Assembly (NCBI GenBank): GCA_028282585.1
Contig: JANQHR010000003.1
Span: forward strand, 1 to 62,825
DNA: 62,825 nt
From: Bacteroidales bacterium
GTDB taxonomy: Bacteria; Bacteroidota; Bacteroidia; Bacteroidales; UBA12077
Direction: 5' to 3'
The stretch's first letter is position 1, and each line of letters begins with the position of its first letter. The notes under the pieces were generated by a model. It was not told the DNA's origin, did not search any database, and saw nothing but the letters and a program-made list of their open reading frames with translations. Position numbers and translations under genes: made by a program. Of this stretch, positions 60,474 through 62,825 are shown piece by piece.

Positions 60474-61868
60474 TTATTTATAACCAAGGATTCTTAACAT
60501 ATCCTGAGGTTTTTGTTCCTTAGTAAAAACCTGGGTTATGAAGTTTCCTTCCTGATCTTTATCAATAATAATATGCTTAGGGCCTGGAATCAAACAATGT
60601 TTTAAACCACCGTATCCACCGAGGGTGTCCTGGTATGCTCCTGTATTGAAAAAACCAATATACAGTGTGTCGGAAAGAGAGAATTTGGGTAAATAAATCG
60701 CATTACTATGTTGTTCAGAATTATAGTAATCGTCGCTATCACAAGTTAAACCACCTAGAAATACGCGTTCATATGTACTATTCCAACGGTTAATCGGGAG
60801 CATGATGAAACGTTTATTAATGGCCCAACTATCAGGTAAAGTTGTCATAAAAGAGCTGTCAATTATATTCCAGGCTTCACGATCATTTTGTTTTTTCTGC
60901 CCTAATACCGAGTAGATTATTCCACCGCTTTCACCAACCGTATAGGAACCAAATTCTGTAAAAATATGAGGTTCTTTTAAATTGTTTGCTTCGCAAAATA
61001 GTTTTATCTGAGAAATAATCTCATCTGCCATATATTTGTAATCATAATCAAACGAAAGTGTATTTTTAACAGGGAATCCACCACCAATATTAAGTGTATC
61101 AAGTTCCTGACATACCTTTTTTAACTCGCCGTAAACGTTCAAACATTTTACCAACTCACTCCAGTAATATGCATTATCTTTTATACCTGTATTGATAAAA
61201 AAATGCAGCATTTTTAGTTTAATGTTTGGATTGTCTTTTATCTGTTTAAGGTAAAAGTTTACAATATTTTTATATCCAATTCCTAAACGAGAGGTATAAA
61301 ACGCGAATTTAGGTTCTTCTTCCGAAGCAATTCTAATTCCAACTTCAAAAGGTACTTCAATTAATTCTTCCAGTTTATCAAGCTCTCTATAATTATCAAT
61401 AACTGGAATGGTATTTATAAATCCGTTATTTATTAAACGAGCTATATTTTCAATATAAGCATCGCGTTTAAAACCATTACAAATAATGTAGGTAGATTTT
61501 GAGATTTTCTTTTCTTTAAATAACTCTTCAACAATGTTAATATCAAATGCAGAAGAGGTTTCAATATGAATATCATTTTTAAGAGCTTCGTGTAAAACGT
61601 TCTTAAAATGTGAGCTTTTAGTGCAATAACAGTAGTAATATTTACTTTTATAATTTACTTTTTTCATGGCGTTTAGAAACCATGTTTTTGCACGTTGTAT
61701 TTGATTTGATATTTGAGGAAGATATGTAAATTTAAGAGGTGTTCCATATTCCTCTATAATATTCATTAATGGAATTTCGTGAAACAATAGGTTATTACCA
61801 TCCAGTTCAAATTCTTTCTGAGGAAAATCAAAAGTTTGCTCAATTAGATCTAGATACTTTATTTTCAT
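60474..61868 (-). CDS. speA: Arginine decarboxylase (Bacteroidota short form)
   Basis: YCTKS (PLP Lys), CNGFK, IGGG, TEFG, LTCDSD, GAYQ; first gene of the speA-speB-DHS cluster. Confidence 0.93.
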   Translation of the reverse strand: MKIKYLDLIEQTFDFPQKEFELDGNNLLFHEIPLMNIIEEYGTPLKFTYLPQISNQIQRAKTWFLNAMKKVNYKSKYYYCYCTKSSHFKNVLHEALKNDIHIETSSAFDINIVEELFKEKKISKSTYIICNGFKRDAYIENIARLINNGFINTIPVIDNYRELDKLEELIEVPFEVGIRIASEEEPKFAFYTSRLGIGYKNIVNFYLKQIKDNPNIKLKMLHFFINTGIKDNAYYWSELVKCLNVYGELKKVCQELDTLNIGGGFPVKNTLSFDYDYKYMADEIISQIKLFCEANNLKEPHIFTEFGSYTVGESGGIIYSVLGQKKQNDREAWNIIDSSFMTTLPDSWAINKRFIMLPINRWNSTYERVFLGGLTCDSDDYYNSEQHSNAIYLPKFSLSDTLYIGFFNTGAYQDTLGGYGGLKHCLIPGPKHIIIDKDQEGNFITQVFTKEQKPQDMLRILGYK

Positions 61869-61973
61869 TCATAAAAAAGATAAATTGGTTTTGAGAAATG
61901 CAAATTAAATAAATTTTGAATACCAAATTGTCTTTTTGTATATAAGTAGAATCATTTTTTTACATATTAACAA

Positions 61974-61998
61974 AAAAGCTACATTTAATGCAGCTTTT
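61974..61998 (-). terminator. Terminator of the SPOR gene
   Basis: aaaagct-acat-tta-atgc-agctttt, with a T-run on the minus strand. Confidence 0.55.
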
Positions 61999-62023
61999 AA
62001 TATATTATGTAATTATAAAATAT

Positions 62024-62825
62024 TTAATAGTATAATATCCAAGCTTCTAAACCTTTTTCTTGCGATAAAAATTTGTATTCAGCAATTGCTTTTCTTTTGT
62101 CTGTAAAAGAATTATAACTTACTGCATGCATACCATTTCTTTCCGCTAATTTTTCTGCATTATAGCCTTCTGCTTTTAGTTTATTCATGTAATCAATTGC
62201 ATATTTTTCGTTTTTGAAGCTACCTGCAATAATGTAATATTTCTGTTGAGGAGGAGCAGGTTTATGGGTTTCTTGCTTTTCAGGTTCTGTTTTAGCCGTT
62301 ATTTCCTTTTTTTCATCCTTAACAGGAGTTTCTTTTTTAGTTTGGTCTTCTTTTTTATCAACAACCGGTTTCTTTTCTGTTACTTTTTCTGTTTTAGTAT
62401 TTTCTTTATTAAAAACTTTTTTGATAGTATTGAAATTCAGTAGGGCCCAAATAAATACAGCAGCCACAGGGACACTAATTGCAATAGACCAAATTAAACC
62501 TTTATTAACAGGTTTTTTTTGTTTTTTATAGCTATATATGGGTTTTGTTTGAGTTTGCTTTACAGGTTCTTTTTTGGTTGTAACCGGGGGTGTTTTTCCG
62601 CTTACCGGAACAGCCTTTTCGGCAGACAGGCCGGCAGGTTTCTTTTCTTCTTTAAACTCTTCTAATACAATTTCCTTTTTCGCTTCAGTAGTTTTTACAG
62701 GTTCTTTTTTAGTTTCTTCAACTTTTGGTTTTTCCTCCGGTTTATTTGCAGGTTTTTCTGTTTTTTTCTCTTCAGTCTTTGTTTCAGTTGCTTTTGTTGT
62801 GGCAGTTTTTTTCGTTGTAGTAGTT
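62024..62825 (-). CDS. SPOR domain membrane protein (3' part; start outside the window)
   Basis: Frame open to the window end: K/E/T/P-rich linker, TM helix GLIWSIAISVPVAAVFIWALL, SPOR domain YYIIAGSF..AWIL. Confidence 0.9.
   Translation of the reverse strand, partial: TTTTKKTATTKATETKTEEKKTEKPANKPEEKPKVEETKKEPVKTTEAKKEIVLEEFKEEKKPAGLSAEKAVPVSGKTPPVTTKKEPVKQTQTKPIYSYKKQKKPVNKGLIWSIAISVPVAAVFIWALLNFNTIKKVFNKENTKTEKVTEKKPVVDKKEDQTKKETPVKDEKKEITAKTEPEKQETHKPAPPQQKYYIIAGSFKNEKYAIDYMNKLKAEGYNAEKLAERNGMHAVSYNSFTDKRKAIAEYKFLSQEKGLEAWILYY

Noticed and set aside
62470-62825. Low-complexity K/E/T-rich sequence
   Set aside because: Ordinary disordered linker of a SPOR protein.

Overview
AT-rich (roughly one-third GC) chromosomal window from a Bacteroidota, most likely an anaerobic environmental Bacteroidia. 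This rests on TAnnTTTG promoter elements, a split F-type atp operon, an ECF/FecR/TonB receptor set and a DUF2723 gene. Left to right it contains: (1) a non-phage tail-collar locus with two collar paralogues, a signal-less solute-binding-fold protein, a PRMT-like methyltransferase and a large secreted FN3-like repeat protein; (2) typA, a decayed REP-associated tyrosine transposase with REP palindromes, a GT117/DUF2723 glycosyltransferase, SUI1 and a peptidase-propeller-barrel outer-membrane protein; (3) a complete Na+-signature V/A-type ATPase operon inserted inside the H+-signature F-type atp operon, next to a pseudogenised atpZ-like gene; (4) an ECF-FecR-TonB receptor-lipoprotein cassette; (5) a hybrid kinase, then four tandem Cache-HAMP-GAF-coiled-coil(-PAS) receptors with no output domain, ending in an output-less sensory-type [FeFe]-hydrogenase-like protein; (6) tsaB, efp and other housekeeping genes, then a speA-speB-DHS polyamine operon interrupted by a radical SAM gene. 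The best candidates for undescribed systems are the receptor array plus hydrogenase-like sensor and the collar/PRMT-like/adhesin locus. All family calls come from motif recognition by eye; no searches were run. No rRNA, tRNA or CRISPR array was seen.
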